A DNA stretch of 64,000 nt from Mobula hypostoma (lineage: Eukaryota): the NCBI RefSeq assembly GCF_963921235.1, contig NC_086097.1, positions 100,504,001-100,568,000 of the forward strand, in the 5' to 3' direction. A program made the translations under genes and the position numbers. Each line of letters opens with the position of its first letter. The first letter of the stretch is position 1. Below the pieces are notes generated by a model that saw only the letters and a program-made list of their open reading frames with translations, was not told the origin of the DNA and did not search any database. Positions 36,087-48,735 of this stretch are shown piece after piece.

Positions 36087-36791
36087 AGGGTGGTGAAGCA
36101 AGCTTTTGACTTCATCAGTCAGGGCACTGAGTATATAAAAGTTTGGCTGTTACGTTGCAGTTGTACAAGATGCTGGTGGGGCTGCACTGGGAATACTGCA
36201 TTCGGTTTCGGTCATCCTGCTATAGGAAAGATGCAATTAAGCAGGAAAGAGTGCAGAGATTTCTGAGGATATTGCTGGGGCTTAAGGGACTGAACTTGAG
36301 TAGATTGTGTGATTTTTCATTAGAATTCAGGAGAATGAGGAGTGAACCTATAAAAGTTTATAAAATCATGAGGGGCTTCCTATGGTGATGGGGGGGTTCA
36401 ATGCGCACAGTCTTATTCCCAGGGTTGGGAATGAACAGCTAGGCAGCATAGGTGTAAAGTAAGAGAAGTAAGGTTTAATAGGAACCTGAGGGGCGCCTTT
36501 TTCACCTAGAGGCTGGTCAGTATGTGGCTGGTACATTTAGAACATTTGAAAGGGCAGGGACATAGATAGGCAAGGTTCAGAGGAGCATAAGCCAAACACA
36601 GGCAAATGGAACAAACTTAGATGGGAATCTTAGTTGGTATGGACTAGATGGGCTGAAGGGCAGGTTCTGTGCTGTATGACTCTGTGACACTATGACTCTA
36701 TCCATGTACCTGTTCGAGTAATTTTTAAGATTATGCTAAACCATTTAATGTTGAGATCTGTAATTTTTCCACAATATTCTCATGAGATATA

Positions 36792-37560
36792 TAGAAACAT
36801 GGAAACATAGAAAATAGGTGCAGGAGTAGGCCATTCGGCCCTTCGAGCCTGCACTGCCATTTATTATGATCATGGCTGATCATCCAACTCAGAACCCCGC
36901 CCCAGCCTTCCCTCCATACCCCCTGACCCCCGTAGCCACAAGGGCCATATCTAACTCCCTCTTAAATATAGCCAATGAACTGGACTCAACTGTTTCCTGT
37001 GGCAGAGAATTCCACAGATTCACCACTCTCTGTGTGAAGAAGTTTTTCCTAATCTCGGTCCTAAAAGGCTTCCCCTCTATCCTCAAACTGTGACCCCTCA
37101 TTCTGGACTTCCCCAACATCGGGAACAATCTTCCTGCATCTAGCCTGTCCAATCCCTTTAGGATTTTATACGTTTCAATCAGATCCCCCCTCAATCTTCT
37201 AAATTCCAACGAGTACAAGCCCAGTTCATCCAGTCTTTCTTCATATGAAAGTCCTGCCATCCCAGGAATCAATCTGGTGAACCTTCTTTGTACTCCCTCT
37301 ATGGCAAGGATGTCTTTCCTCAGATTAGGGGACCAAAACTGCACACAATACTCCAGGTGTGGTCTCACCAAGGCCTTGTACAACTGCAGTAGTACCTCCC
37401 TGCTCCTGTACTCGAATCCTCTCGCTATAAATGCCAGCATACCATTCGCCTTTTTCACCGCCTGCTGTACCTGCATGCCCACTTTCAATGACTGGTGTAT
37501 AATGACACCCAGGTCTCGTTGCACCTCCCCTTTTCCTAATCGGCCACCATTCAGATAATA
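36792..37560 (-). mobile_element. Young 5'-truncated CR1
   Basis: Open ORF 36889-37524; near-identical to 53119-53785. Confidence 0.95.
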
Positions 37561-37664
37561 TGGCTACTCAATCACAAGTATTTTTATAATGTCTGTTTGA
37601 GAAGCTGATAGCAAACACAGCACATTCATACATAAGAGTTTTGCCTTAACACATGGATTCTCAC

Positions 37665-38980
37665 TAGCTATGGCACACTTCGACCACAGCCTACCGGTCA
37701 ACCTTGACGCTTTGCAATTCACTTACCGGAGCAACAGGTCAACAGCAGATGCCATCTCTCTGGCCCTACATTCCTCCTTAGAACACCTGGAGAATAAAGA
37801 CACGTACGTAAGGCTCCTTTTCATTGTCTACAGCTCTGCCTTTAATACCATCATTCCAATAAACTGATTCCGAAGCTCCAGAACCTGGGCCTTAGCACTC
37901 AGATCTGCAGCTGGATCTTCAACTTCCTCTCAGACAGGACCCAGGCTGTAAAAATAGGGGACAAGCTCTCCTCTACAATCACGCTGAGCACCGGTGCCCC
38001 AGAAGGCTGTGTGCTCAGCCCCTGCTGTACTCACTGTACACCCATGATTATGTAGCAAAGTTTCCATCAAATTCAATATATAAGTTTGCTGATGACACAA
38101 CAATTGCAGGCCGTATCTCGGGTAATGATGAGTTTGAGTATAGAGAGGAAATTAAGAACCTGGTGGCATGGTGCGAAGACAATAACCTATCCCTCAACAT
38201 CAGCAAGACGAAGGAATTGGTTGTTGACTTCAGAAGGAGTAGCGGACCGCACGACCCAATTTACGTCGGTGGTGCGCAAGTGGAACAGGTCAAAAGCTTT
38301 AAGTTCTTCGGGGTCAATATCACAAATGACCTGACTTGGTCCAACCAAGCAGAATCCACTGCCAAGAAGGCCCACCAGTGCCTTTACCTCCCGAGAAAGC
38401 AAAAAAAATTTGGCCTGTCCCCTAAAACCCTCACTAATTTTTATAGATGCACTGGAGAAAGCATCTGGGGTGCATCACAACCTGGTATGGAAGTTGTCCT
38501 TTCCAAGACCGGAAGAAGCTGCAGAAGATCGTGAACATGGCACAGCACATCACACAAACCAATCTTCTGTCCTTGGACTCACTTTACACCGCATAGTGTC
38601 GGAGCAGTGCTGCCAGGATAATCAAGGACATGACTCACCCAGCCAACACACTTTTCGTCCCTCTTCCCTCTGGGAGAAGGCTCAGGAGCTTGAAGACTCG
38701 TACGGCCAGATTTGGGAACAGCTTCTTTCCAACTGTGATAAGACTGCTGAACGGATCCTGACCTGGATTGGTTTGTTCTCTCCAAATATCCGGACCTGCA
38801 TCTCGGTTTTTTTGCACTATCTTACTTTCCATTTTTCTATTTTCTATTTATGATTTATAATTTAAATTTTTAATATTTACTATCGATTTGTAATCCAGGG
38901 AGTGGGAAGCGCAGAATCAAATATCGCTCTGATGATTGTGCGCTCTAGTATCGATTGTTTGGCAACAATAAAGTATAAAG
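37665..38980 (+). mobile_element. Rex1/Babar-type LINE, 5'-truncated, frameshifted
   Basis: Same family as 46335-47903; TAAAGTA tail. Confidence 0.9.
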
Positions 38981-39399
38981 TTCAGCATATCTTTCAGAAC
39001 CTAGGGTAGCATCAGTAACATGCAGGTAACTGGTCTGGGACCGGTGGTTGGTAACGTGTTACCTGGTCACTGGTGACCCATGGATAAAGACTGGACTCAC
39101 CTCTTATGTTAACACACTGCAGGAAGGCAGTTCAAATGTCAGAGTGCAGGACCTCTTCCCTAACAGGATCACCTACTGTGGTCCTGTCACCTGAGCTGTG
39201 AGAACAGAATGAGCTCCATTGCTCGAGAAAGGACCTTTGACGACCAATGCTCACGAGAATTTGCAAACCACTGAAAAATAGTCTAATGAGTAAAGTAATT
39301 TACAGGTAAAGTAAAACATGTCAACACATTTTAAATAAACTAAAATAAGACAGTACGTGAAACTCGAGTAGCAATTTGTATATTGGTCTGCTGTCATTC

Positions 39400-39860
39400 C
39401 TAATTCAAGGTCAATATCACATTTATTGGTGCAATGCCAGGTGCAATGAAAACATTGCAGCATCAGATAAGCAGCACTCACACAAAATACATAGGTTAAA
39501 CGTATATGATACAAGAAAGAACACAATTAGAACAAGAAAATCAACAAAATCCATTGTAGTTAAAAGTGAGCAAAGCGGTCTTAGGGTTGTGCTGGCTGGT
39601 TCAAGAGCCAAGTGGTCGAAGGGAAGTTACTGTTCTGGAACCTGATGGTGTGCGATTTCAGGCTTCTGTACCCCCGGCCCAGTGGTGGCTGTGAGAAGAT
39701 GGCCTGGCCCAGGAGATGTTGCCCCAGCAGTGCCTCCTGTAGGCACTGCTGATGGTGGGGAGGGATGTGCCTGTGATCTATTGGGCTGAGTTCACTACTC
39801 CCTGCAGCTTCTTACTTTCCTGCTCATTGGGATTACCGTACCAGACCATGATGGGATACT
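39400..39860 (-). mobile_element. Degraded Rex1/L2-like 3' fragment
   Basis: Antisense of the ...GQKPEIAHHQVPEQ / SFFP-type region plus AATAAA-bearing 3' UTR. Confidence 0.5.
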
Positions 39861-40653
39861 TCTGGGCCTCAGAAGAAATGGAGACTGTTGCTCTTTCAGT
39901 CTGACCTGTCTCAGGTTGTTGGTTGGTCCCCTCCTCTCAAATGTTGGTGACCCAGTGTCACCTCCCCCTTGGCGGTTTGGGGGTGTTCACCGAGAGCATT
40001 AAACTAGAGAAATGCAATCAGCTATGCATGAATCCCAACATTCGCTACTTAACCCGAGACGTTGTGTTTGATTTGTGTGTTCACTGATGGCCCTCAGTGG
40101 TACACCTGTACTCCACACTCTCCATCTTCTCCTAGCCCTCCACCATCGCTTTCAATACACCCGGGAATGCCTTGAGATGTGTTTGGGTGCTGTGTGACGA
40201 CAATTGACTATCTCACTCCGTGAGAGAAGGTCGGGCTAATTTTCATCACTTGTACTGAGCCATAGGGTGTCTAAATCCGGGAGATGCTTCTGAGGTGAGG
40301 TAAGATTGGCTTCAACCAACTGGAAGGTCATGTGCTAGTGTGAGCTCCATTCTGGGGTAATGCACTGATCCAAGGTCAATATTGAATTTATTGTCAGAAG
40401 CACAAGTATGTGCCAGCAGTACGGCCAAAAACTTACGTGCAGCAACATCACTGGCTCGTGGTGTCAAATAAACAGCATTCATGTGAGAAACAGAGATTAA
40501 AAATCCGAGATGATGCAGAAAGGGAAAAGGTTGCAACTTGGTTGTTTGTCAGTCTTTGTACATGTGTAGTTTTTCAGATTCTATTGTATCTCTTTGTTTT
40601 CCTGTGAACGCCTCCAAGAAAATCAATCTCAAGCTACTGTATGGTGACATATA

Positions 40654-40860
40654 AAGAAACCCCTTAACTCTGAGTGGAGTCATCGAGACGCCGTGATGAT
40701 GGCATATTTTTAGCCGGCTTTCTTATTTTTACGAGGCCGAGTTGCTAGCTCGATGCTCAACCCAGCACAGATGGAAAGCGTGCAAGGGAGCTGGCTGGAT
40801 TCGAACTCGGGAGCCTTCGCTCCAAAATCTGGCTCTGATGCCACTACGCTACCAGCCGGC
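40654..40860 (-). mobile_element. tRNA-derived SINE (207 bp)
   Basis: Minus strand A-box TAGCGTAGTGG and B-box GAGTTCGAATCC; 13-bp TSD atggtga(c/t)atata at 40641-40653 and 40861-40873. Confidence 0.85.
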
Positions 40861-40949
40861 ATGGTGATATATACTACTTTAATAATAAATTTTAAAGGTT
40901 TCAAGGGTACATTTAATGTCAGAGAAATGTACACAATATACATCCTGAA

Positions 40950-43133
40950 GCACAAAATACTCTGCAGATGCTGGGATCAAAGCAACACACACAACATGCT
41001 GGAGGAACTCAGCAGGTTGGGCAGCATCCGTGCAAACGATCAGTCAACGTTTCGGGCCAGAACCCTTCATCAGGACTGAAGAGGGAGGGGGCAGAGGCCC
41101 TATAAAGAAGGTGGGGGGAGGGTGGGAAGGAGAAGGCTGGTAGGTTCCAGGTGAAAAACCAGTAAGGGGAAAGATAAAGGGGTGGGGGAGGGGATAGGCA
41201 GGAAAGGTGAAGAAGGAATAGGGGAAAACACAATGGGTAGTAGAAGGAGGTGGAACCATGAGGGAGGTGATAGGCAGCTGGGGGAGGGGACAGGATGAAA
41301 TAGGGATAGGGGAAGGGAGGGGGAGGGAATTACCAGAAGTTGGAGAATTCTATGTTCATACCAAGGGGCTCGAGACTACCTAGATGGTATATGAGGTGTT
41401 GTTCCTCTAACCTGAGTTTAGCCTCATCATGGCAGTAGAGGAGGCCATGTATGGACATATCCGAATGGGAATGGGAAGCAGAGTTGAAGTGGGTGGCAAC
41501 CGGGAGATCCTGTCTGTTGTGGTGGACGGAGCAGAGATGCTCGACAAAGCAGTCCCCCAATCTGCGTCCGGTTTCACCGATGTAGAGGAGGCTGCACCGG
41601 GAGCACCGGATGCAATAGATGACCCCAACAGACTCACAAGTGAAGTGTTGCCTCACCTGGAAGGTCTGTTTGGGGCCCTGAATTGTGGCAAGAGAGGAGG
41701 TGTAGGGACAGGTGTAGCACTTACGCTTACAGGGATAAGTGCCGGGTGAGAGATCCATGGGGAGGGACGTGTGGACCAGGAAGTCCCGGAGGGACCGATC
41801 CCTGCGGAAAGCGGAGAGAGGCGGAGAGGGAAAGATGTGCTTAATGGTGGGGTCCTGTTGAAGATGGCGGAAGTTGCGGAGGATAATGTGCTGGATCTGG
41901 AGGCTGGTGGGGTGGTAGGTGAGGACAAGGGGAACTCTGTCCCTGTTGTGGTGACAGGAGGATGGGGTGAGGGCCGAAGTGTGGGAAATGGAGGAGATGC
42001 AGGTGAGGGCATCATTGATGACAGCAGAAGGGAAACCACGATCTTTAAAGAAAGAGGACATTTGAGATGTCCTGGAACGGAAAGCCTCATCCTGGGAGCA
42101 GATGCGACGGAGACGGAGGAACTGGGAATAGGGAATGGCATTTTTGCATGTGGCGGGGTGGGAAGAGGTATAGTCGAGGTAGTTATGAGAGTCAGTGGGC
42201 TTGTAGAAGATGTCAGTGGACAGTCTGTCTCCAGAGATGGAGACTGGGACATCAAGAAAGGGGAGAGAAGTGTCCGAGATAGACCAAGTGAATTTGAGGG
42301 CTGGGTGAAAGTTAGAAGCAAAGTCGATGAAATTGACGAGCTCAGCATGGGTGCAGGAAGCATCACCAATGTAGTCGTCAATGTAGCGAAGGAAAAGTTG
42401 GGGAGCAGTACCAGAATAGGTTTGGAGCATAGACTGCTCCACATAACCAACGAAGAGGCAGGCATAGCTAGGGCCTCATGCGAGTGCTCATAGCTACATC
42501 CTTGGTCTGAAGAAAGTGGGAAGAGCCAAAAAAGAAGTTATTAAGTGTGAGTACCAGTTCCGCCAACCGGAGGAGGGTAGTGGTGGTGGGGAACTGGTGA
42601 GGTCTATTGTCCAGAAAGTAGCAGAGGGCTTTGAGGCCTTCTTGATGGGGAATGGAGGTGCATAAGGATTGGACATCCATAGTGAAAATGAAGCGGTCAG
42701 GATCAGGGAACTGGAAGTCATTGAAGAGGTGGAGGGCATGGGATGTATCCCGGATGTAGGTGGGGAGGGACTGAACTATGCGTGACAAAATGGAGTCCAA
42801 GTAGGCAGATACAAGTTCGGTGGGGCAGGAGCAGGCAGAAACTATGGGTCTACCAGGACAGTCAGGCTTGTGGATCTTGGGGAGGAGGTAAAACCGAGCG
42901 GTGCGGGGTGTGGGAAATATGAGCTTAGCGGCTGAGAATGGAAGGTCTCCAGAGCTGATGAGGGTGGTGATGGTACAGGAGACAATGGTTTGATGTTTTT
43001 TGGTGGGGTCCTGTTCCAGAGGTAAGTAAGAGGAGGTGTAAGAGAGCTGCCGTTTGTCCTCAGTGAGGTAGAGGTCCGTCTGCCAGACTACTATGGCACA
43101 ACCTTTGTCAGTGGGTTTGATGGTGAGGTTGGG
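40950..43133 (-). mobile_element. Penelope-like retroelement (RT plus GIY-YIG endonuclease), 5'-truncated
   Basis: ORF 42468-42800 (FTMDVQSLCTSIP) and ORF 41330-42442 (FLRYIDD; VIYCIRCSRCSLLYIGETGR); terminal repeat with hammerhead motif. Confidence 0.95.
41040..41079 (-). ncRNA. Minimal type I hammerhead ribozyme motif
   Basis: Minus strand TCAGTC-CTGATGA-AGGGTTCTGGCCC-GAAACGTT-GACTGA: stem I, CUGAUGA core, stem II, GAAA, palindromic stem III. Confidence 0.85.
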
Positions 43134-44020
43134 ATTAACAGGACCCCACCACTAAGCACATCTTTCCCTCTCCACCTCTCTCTGCTTTCTGCAGGGATCG
43201 GTCCCTTCATGACTCCCTGATCTACACGTCCCTCCCCATGGATCTCCCTCCCGATACTTATCCATGTAAGCGTAAGTGCTACACCTGTCCCTACACCTCC
43301 TCTCTTGCCACCATTCAGGGCTCTGAACAGTCCTTCCAGGTGAGGAAACACGTCACTTGTGAGTCTGTGGGGGCCATCTATTGCATCCGGTGCTCCCGGT
43401 GCGGCCTCCTCTACATCAGTGAGACCCGATGCAGATTGGGGGACCGCTTCGTTGAGCACCTCCGCTCAGTCCACCATAATAGACAGGATCTCCCAGTAGC
43501 CACCCACTTCAACTCTGCTTCCCATTCCCATTCAGATATGTCCATACGTGGCCTCCTCTACTGCCATGTTGAGGCTAAACTCAGGTTGGAGGAGCAACAC
43601 CTCGTATACCATCTAGGTAGTCTCCAGGCCCTTGGTATGAATATAGAATTCTCCAGCTTCCGGTAATTCCCTCCCCCTCCCTTTTCCCCTATCCCTATTT
43701 CACTCTGCCCCCTCCCCCAGCTGCCTACCACCTCCCTCATGGTTCCACCTCCTTCTACTACCCATTGTGTTTTCCCCTATTCCTTCTTCACCTTTCCTGC
43801 CTCTCCCCTCCCTGCTTCCTCTCCCCCACCCTTTATCTTTCCCCTAACTGGTTTTTCTCCTGGAACCTACCAGCCTTCTCCTTCCCACCCTCCCCCCACC
43901 TTCTTTATAGGGCTCCTGCCCCCTCCCTCTTCAGTCCTGACGAAGGGTTCCGGCCCGAAATGTTGACTGATCGTTTGTATGGATGCTGCCCGACCTCCTG
44001 AGTTCCTCCAACGCGTTGTG
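43134..44020 (+). mobile_element. Inverted duplicate of the Penelope 3' end (GIY-YIG plus terminal repeat)
   Basis: ORF 43238-43666 nearly identical to the C-terminus of 41330-42442; reverse complement of ~40985-41860. Confidence 0.95.
43931..43970 (+). ncRNA. Minimal hammerhead ribozyme motif
   Basis: TCAGTC-CTGACGA-AGGGTTCCGGCCC-GAAATGTT-GACTGA. Confidence 0.75.
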
Positions 44021-44029
44021 AGGGTTCCC

Positions 44030-44790
44030 ATATGTCTTGAAACGCTTTTTCTTCGCAACCATTCACAAAAACAGAGGAATGCCCCCAAAGAATGAATGAC
44101 AGCTAAATGTTAGAACCCCAAACTCCCCCCCCCAGCTCCCCCCTCCTGCACGTAAGCATCAGCATTTTCGATCCCCCCTCCCCCACCAGCAAAAAATAAG
44201 TGTCGGCACCCCCCCACCGTGCATTCAAGCATGAGCAAAGCATCAGCATAGACACAGACTTGCAGTACCCAAAGACTACATTATTCACCCAACATTCATC
44301 ATACCACAGGCTCCCTCTCTCCCTAATAGGGGAAAAAGAGATGTCTCTCTTTCACAGCGAGAGGGGAGTCAAAACAAACAACTCGCTGGTTTACGATGTT
44401 AAAAGTCCATTGTGATGCTTTTTCCGAGCTCTGTGCCCAAAGATCTCAGGCCTCAGGGCACACAGTCACAGATCTTCCGACTCCCACGACACACTGCTCT
44501 CCTGCCGGGACACCGACCTTCAATCCGCCTGTCTCCAGAGCCACGAGATCTGGGACCTCCAAAGGTGAGCTAAGCTCTTGGGCCAATCCTTGGCTTGTCG
44601 AATAACGGCCAGTCATAAAACCCTGAAAACGGGTCCCATTCCCGCAAAAAACCGAAGTCAGTGTGTAACTCCAGGTCAGGGTCATCAAAAAAAAACCCTG
44701 AAAGGGAAAAATAGAGATATTAAAGATGGAAATAGAGCTGTTTCCGAAGATGCATGGAAAGGAGTCGCTATTAAGCGCCATCATGACTAA
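44030..44790 (-). mobile_element. Probable non-autonomous retroelement hosting the Penelope insertion (3' end at ~40895-40948)
   Basis: atacatcctgaa (40937-40948) recurs approximately as atatgtcttgaa (44029-44040); non-coding; family unnamed. Confidence 0.4.
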
Positions 44791-45384
44791 ACTCCTTCCT
44801 CCAGACATTTACTTTGAACTTTGAACTTTTAAACTTTGAAGTTCTTTCCTGACCTCACAATACATCACAGACTGCATCCGACCAGGTTTTAAAGGCTGGA
44901 ACACCCTCCAAACCTTTCCTTTAGATTTTCCATGGGATTCAATAATCCGACAGAGCTTTCCATATGACTCTTCCATTTGGTTGAAGCCAAACTTATCTGA
45001 CCACTGGAGCATGCTCCCAGATTTAGACACGCACCCCTCTGCCTGTGGCTCAGTGCAGTTCTGAACATTAGCCTGATGTGCTCTCTCCTCCTTAGACAAC
45101 GCCAACACTTTATGGAATGCTTCAGTTGGGTCAACCGATACTGTGCACAGGACATTTGGTGACAGTGACATTTAAGGACACTCTGACTCTCAAGTCAGAT
45201 GACAACCTGTGACAGATAATGTCCATTCCAGTTAGCAGACACAACAAATCAGATGAGAACGAGCACTGGACTCCCACTTGATTAAACTTGTGGTAACCTG
45301 CCTGGAACTTTAGACTCCCACCACAGTGTCCAGTACCGAAGCAGGAGTGGACTTTCTGGAGCTGCCTCAGGGCACCTCTAACAT

Positions 45385-45665
45385 CAAACAGAGCTGCTGC
45401 CTCACAGATCTGGAGACCAGGTTCCATCCTGACCTTGGATACTCTCTATGTGGAGTTTGCAATTTCTCTCCTTGACCGTATGACTACACCCCGGCTGCTC
45501 TGCTCTCTCCCCACATTTAGACATGTAGGCTAATTGGCTGTTGGAAGTTTGCCCTGGTGAATTGTGAATGTAGAAGAACAGGTTACAGGAAAGTCAGTGG
45601 AGGATTGGGAGTTCTTTGTGAGTCAGCACAGACTCGATGGGTCGAATAGACTTTCTATGTCTTAC
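45385..45665 (+). mobile_element. V-SINE copy (degraded)
   Basis: GGTTCCATCC B-box-like, gtggagtttgca..., CR1-like tail gactcgatggg. Confidence 0.6.
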
Positions 45666-45799
45666 AGAAATATTGGAACCCTAGTAACTGCACTGGGCGT
45701 ACCTCTTTCCTTTGTCCTGAAATCTCTGCACGGAAGGACTCTCAGGACATGTGGGAATGGAAAGGCAGCAACGAATGTGCGGTGGTTTTCCCAGAAGCC

Positions 45800-46190
45800 C
45801 GTCCCATCTGGGGATGAAACCAGATGTGAGGCCATCACAGATGCACTCCTCCATGGCCACCCTTTCTGCAGCTGATAGGCAGTAGAGTCTTCCTCGGGGT
45901 GGACAGTTTTCACACGGTAATTCAACGGCACAGTCGTAGGTTTGACGAGGTGGGAGAATGTGGCCCTTTTCTTAACTAAAAACGTCTAGCAGGTCTGCAT
46001 ACTTGGGACAGCCCAGGAGGCAATGAGAAGACCATCTCTGAAGTGCACCAGTAGATGAGGTGCCTGGGGAACCTGTTTCAGGATCCCACTAATGATGTTC
46101 CAGAGGGGGAAATGTAACCCAGACATCCTCACACTGATATAACAACAAGCACATCTGTCCAAGTCACACTGGGTAAATCCATCCAATTCC
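45800..46190 (-). mobile_element. Ancient Gypsy (sushi-like) pol fragment, RT N-terminus
   Basis: Minus strand reads KYADLLDVFS*EKGHILPPRQTYDCAVELPCENCPPRGRLYCLSAAERVAMEECICDGLTSGFI. Confidence 0.7.
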
Positions 46191-46334
46191 CACTGGGAGC
46201 ATCCGTCTAATTCTTGCTGGGAGCTTCAATCCCATTTCTGCTGGTTAACCCATCCAATTTACGGCAAAATGATCTGGACATTTCATTCACATATGCAACA
46301 AATACTATTGACAGTCAATAGTCAATACGGGCCC

Positions 46335-47903
46335 AGATGGCGTCCCAGGACGGGTTCTCCGGGCCTGTGCAAGCAAGCTAGCTGGAGTGTTTGCTGACAT
46401 CTTCAACTGCTCCTTTCTTCAGTCTAAGATCCCCTCATGTTTTAAGAAGGCAACGATAATCCCAGTGCCGAAGAAGAGCAAGGTGGCATGCCTGAATGAC
46501 TATTGACCTGTGGCTCTGACATCAATTGCTATGAAGTGCTTCGAGTGATTAGTTATGGCACACATCAACCACAGCCTACCGGTCAACCTCGACGCTTTGC
46601 AATTCGCCTACCGGAGCAACAGGTCAATGGCAGATGCCATCTCTCTGGTCCTACATTCCTCCTTAGAATACCTGAAGAATAAAGATGCATACATAAGGCT
46701 CCTTTTCATTGACTACAGCTCTGCCTTTAATACCATCATTCCAAATAAACTGATTCCTAAGCTCCGAAACCTGGGCCTTAGCACTCAGATCTGCAGCAGG
46801 ATCTTCAACTTCCTGACAGACAGGACCCAGGCTGTAAAAATAGGGGACAAGCTCTCCTCTGCAATCACTCTGAGCACCGGTGCCCCACAAGGCTGTGTAC
46901 TCAGCCCCCTGCTGTACTCACTGTACACCCATGATTGTGTAGCCAAGTTTCCATCAAACTCAATATATAAGTTTGCTGATGACACAACAATTGTAGGCCG
47001 TATCTCGGGTAATGATGAGTTTGAGTACAGAGAGGAAATTAAGAACTTGGTGGCATGGTGCGAAGACAATAACCTATCCCTCAACGTCAGCAAGACAAAG
47101 GAATTGGTTGTTGACTTCAGAAGGAGTAGCGGACCGCATGACCCAATTTACATCGGTGGTGCGCAAGTGGAACAGGTCAAAAACTTTAAGTTCCTTGGGG
47201 TCAATATCACAAATGACCTGACTTGGTCCAACCAAGCAGAGTTCACTGCCAAGAAGGCCCACCAGTGCCTTTACTTCCTGAGAAAACTAAAGAAATTTGG
47301 CCTGTCCTCTAAAACCCTCACTAATTTTTATAGATGCACCGTAGAAAGCATTCTTCTACGGTGCATCACAACCTGGTATGGAAGTTGTCCTGTCCAAGAC
47401 CGAAAGAAGCTACAGAAGATCGTGAACACAGCGCAGCACATCACACAAACCAATCTTCCGTCCGTGGACTCACTTTACACCGCACGCTGTCGGAGCAGTG
47501 CTGCCAGGATAATCAAGGACATGACCCACCCAGCCAACAGACTTTTCACCCCTCTTCTCTCCGGGAGAAGGCTCAGGAGCTTGAAGACTCATACGGCCAG
47601 ATTTGGGAACAGCTTCTTTCCAGCTGTGATAAGACTGCTGAACGGATCCTGACCGGGATCTGGGCCCTACCCTCCAAATATCCGGACCTGCTTCTCGGTT
47701 TTTTTGCACTACCTTATTTCCCATTTTTCTATTTTCTATTTATGATTTATAATTTAAATTTTAATATTTACTAATTTTAACTATTTTTAATATTTTGAAT
47801 ATTTGTAATCCAGGGAGTGTGAAGCGCAGAATCAAATATCGCTGTGATGATTATACGTTCTAGTACCAAATGTTTGGTGACAATAAAGTATAAAGTATAA
47901 AGT
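46335..47903 (+). mobile_element. Rex1/Babar-type LINE, 5'-truncated
   Basis: ORF 46555-47652: [39 protein letters not shown]; (TAAAGTA)n tail. Confidence 0.92.
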
Positions 47904-48449
47904 ACTTGACTGCAAATACTGTCTCATGTAAATGCAAGTGGCAAACACTGGGCAGAACTCACAGATCTCACTGTGTACTTGGGTATCAGAGCTTTGTCAC
48001 CAGCTGAGGGAGAGCTGAGACTGGGGGGTCTGCGAACGTGGGTGACAGGACAGAGAAAGAGGAGACAGAGTTAATGTTTGAGATTTCAGAATTGGGAATG
48101 TGAGAAAGCAAGCTGCTGTCTGCTGGGGGAACGCATCAGGCAAGGGGACTATCTGTGGTAGGGTGAGACCCGGGTTGCTGTGGTGAAATTTGTTCAGGAA
48201 GACTTCTGGTGCATAGTGTAGATTTACGGGGTTAATTAGAGATGGAGAGGAACGCAAAGCTGTGAATCACAGGTCAGAGCTGCTGCCTTGCGAGAGCAAC
48301 AGAGAATATTGTAAATGATCAGCAGATCTAACGGTGTCTGTGGAGACAAAACTCAGGGGATGCCTCACCACACCATTCCCATTCCTCTTCCTGCACACAC
48401 AATCACAAGGGTTCTAATATTTCCAGAGGACATAGAAAGAAGCCATTTG

Positions 48450-48735
48450 GGTGACACAGCAGTGTGGTGGTTAGGGCATCGCTTTACAGTGGCGTCGAGG
48501 TTCAATTCCTGCCACTGTCTGTGAGGAATTTGTACGTTCTCTCCGTGACTGCGTGGATTTCCTCTGGAGACCAGTTTCCTCCACATTTCAAAGACATAAG
48601 GTTAGGGTAAATGAGTTGTGGGCACGCTATGCTGGCGCCAGACGTGTGGTGACATTTGTAGGCTGCCCGGCGTAATCGTCACTGATTTAATTTGATTTGA
48701 CACAGATGTTGCATTTCACTGTATGCTTCATAGTA
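48450..48735 (+). mobile_element. V-SINE whose tail is split by a Tc1-like composite (tail resumes at 49289-49300)
   Basis: B-box GGTTCAATTCC and V-domain; tail ...tgcttcatagTA | TAcacgtgacaa. Confidence 0.7.

Larger units (their letters stand above)
34590..36702 (+). mobile_element. Old CR1 interrupted by a Penelope pair (34881-35704) and a solo LTR (35944-36086)
   Basis: RT remnants (VYIDFTKVFDK; LYKMLVGLHWEYC); CTATGACT tail at ~36690. Confidence 0.7.

Noticed and set aside
39096..39215. Exon-like segment on the minus strand with AG and GTGAG boundaries
   Set aside because: Stops in all three frames and no homology recognised; a non-coding exon cannot be supported without RNA data
40780..40860. 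tRNA gene
   Set aside because: A/B boxes belong to a TSD-flanked SINE; no complete cloverleaf or terminator
41653..42493. 270-aa and 240-aa overlapping ORFs
   Set aside because: Alternate and antisense frames of the Penelope RT
44809..45171. 120-aa ORF in apparently unique sequence
   Set aside because: No recognisable domain or splice context
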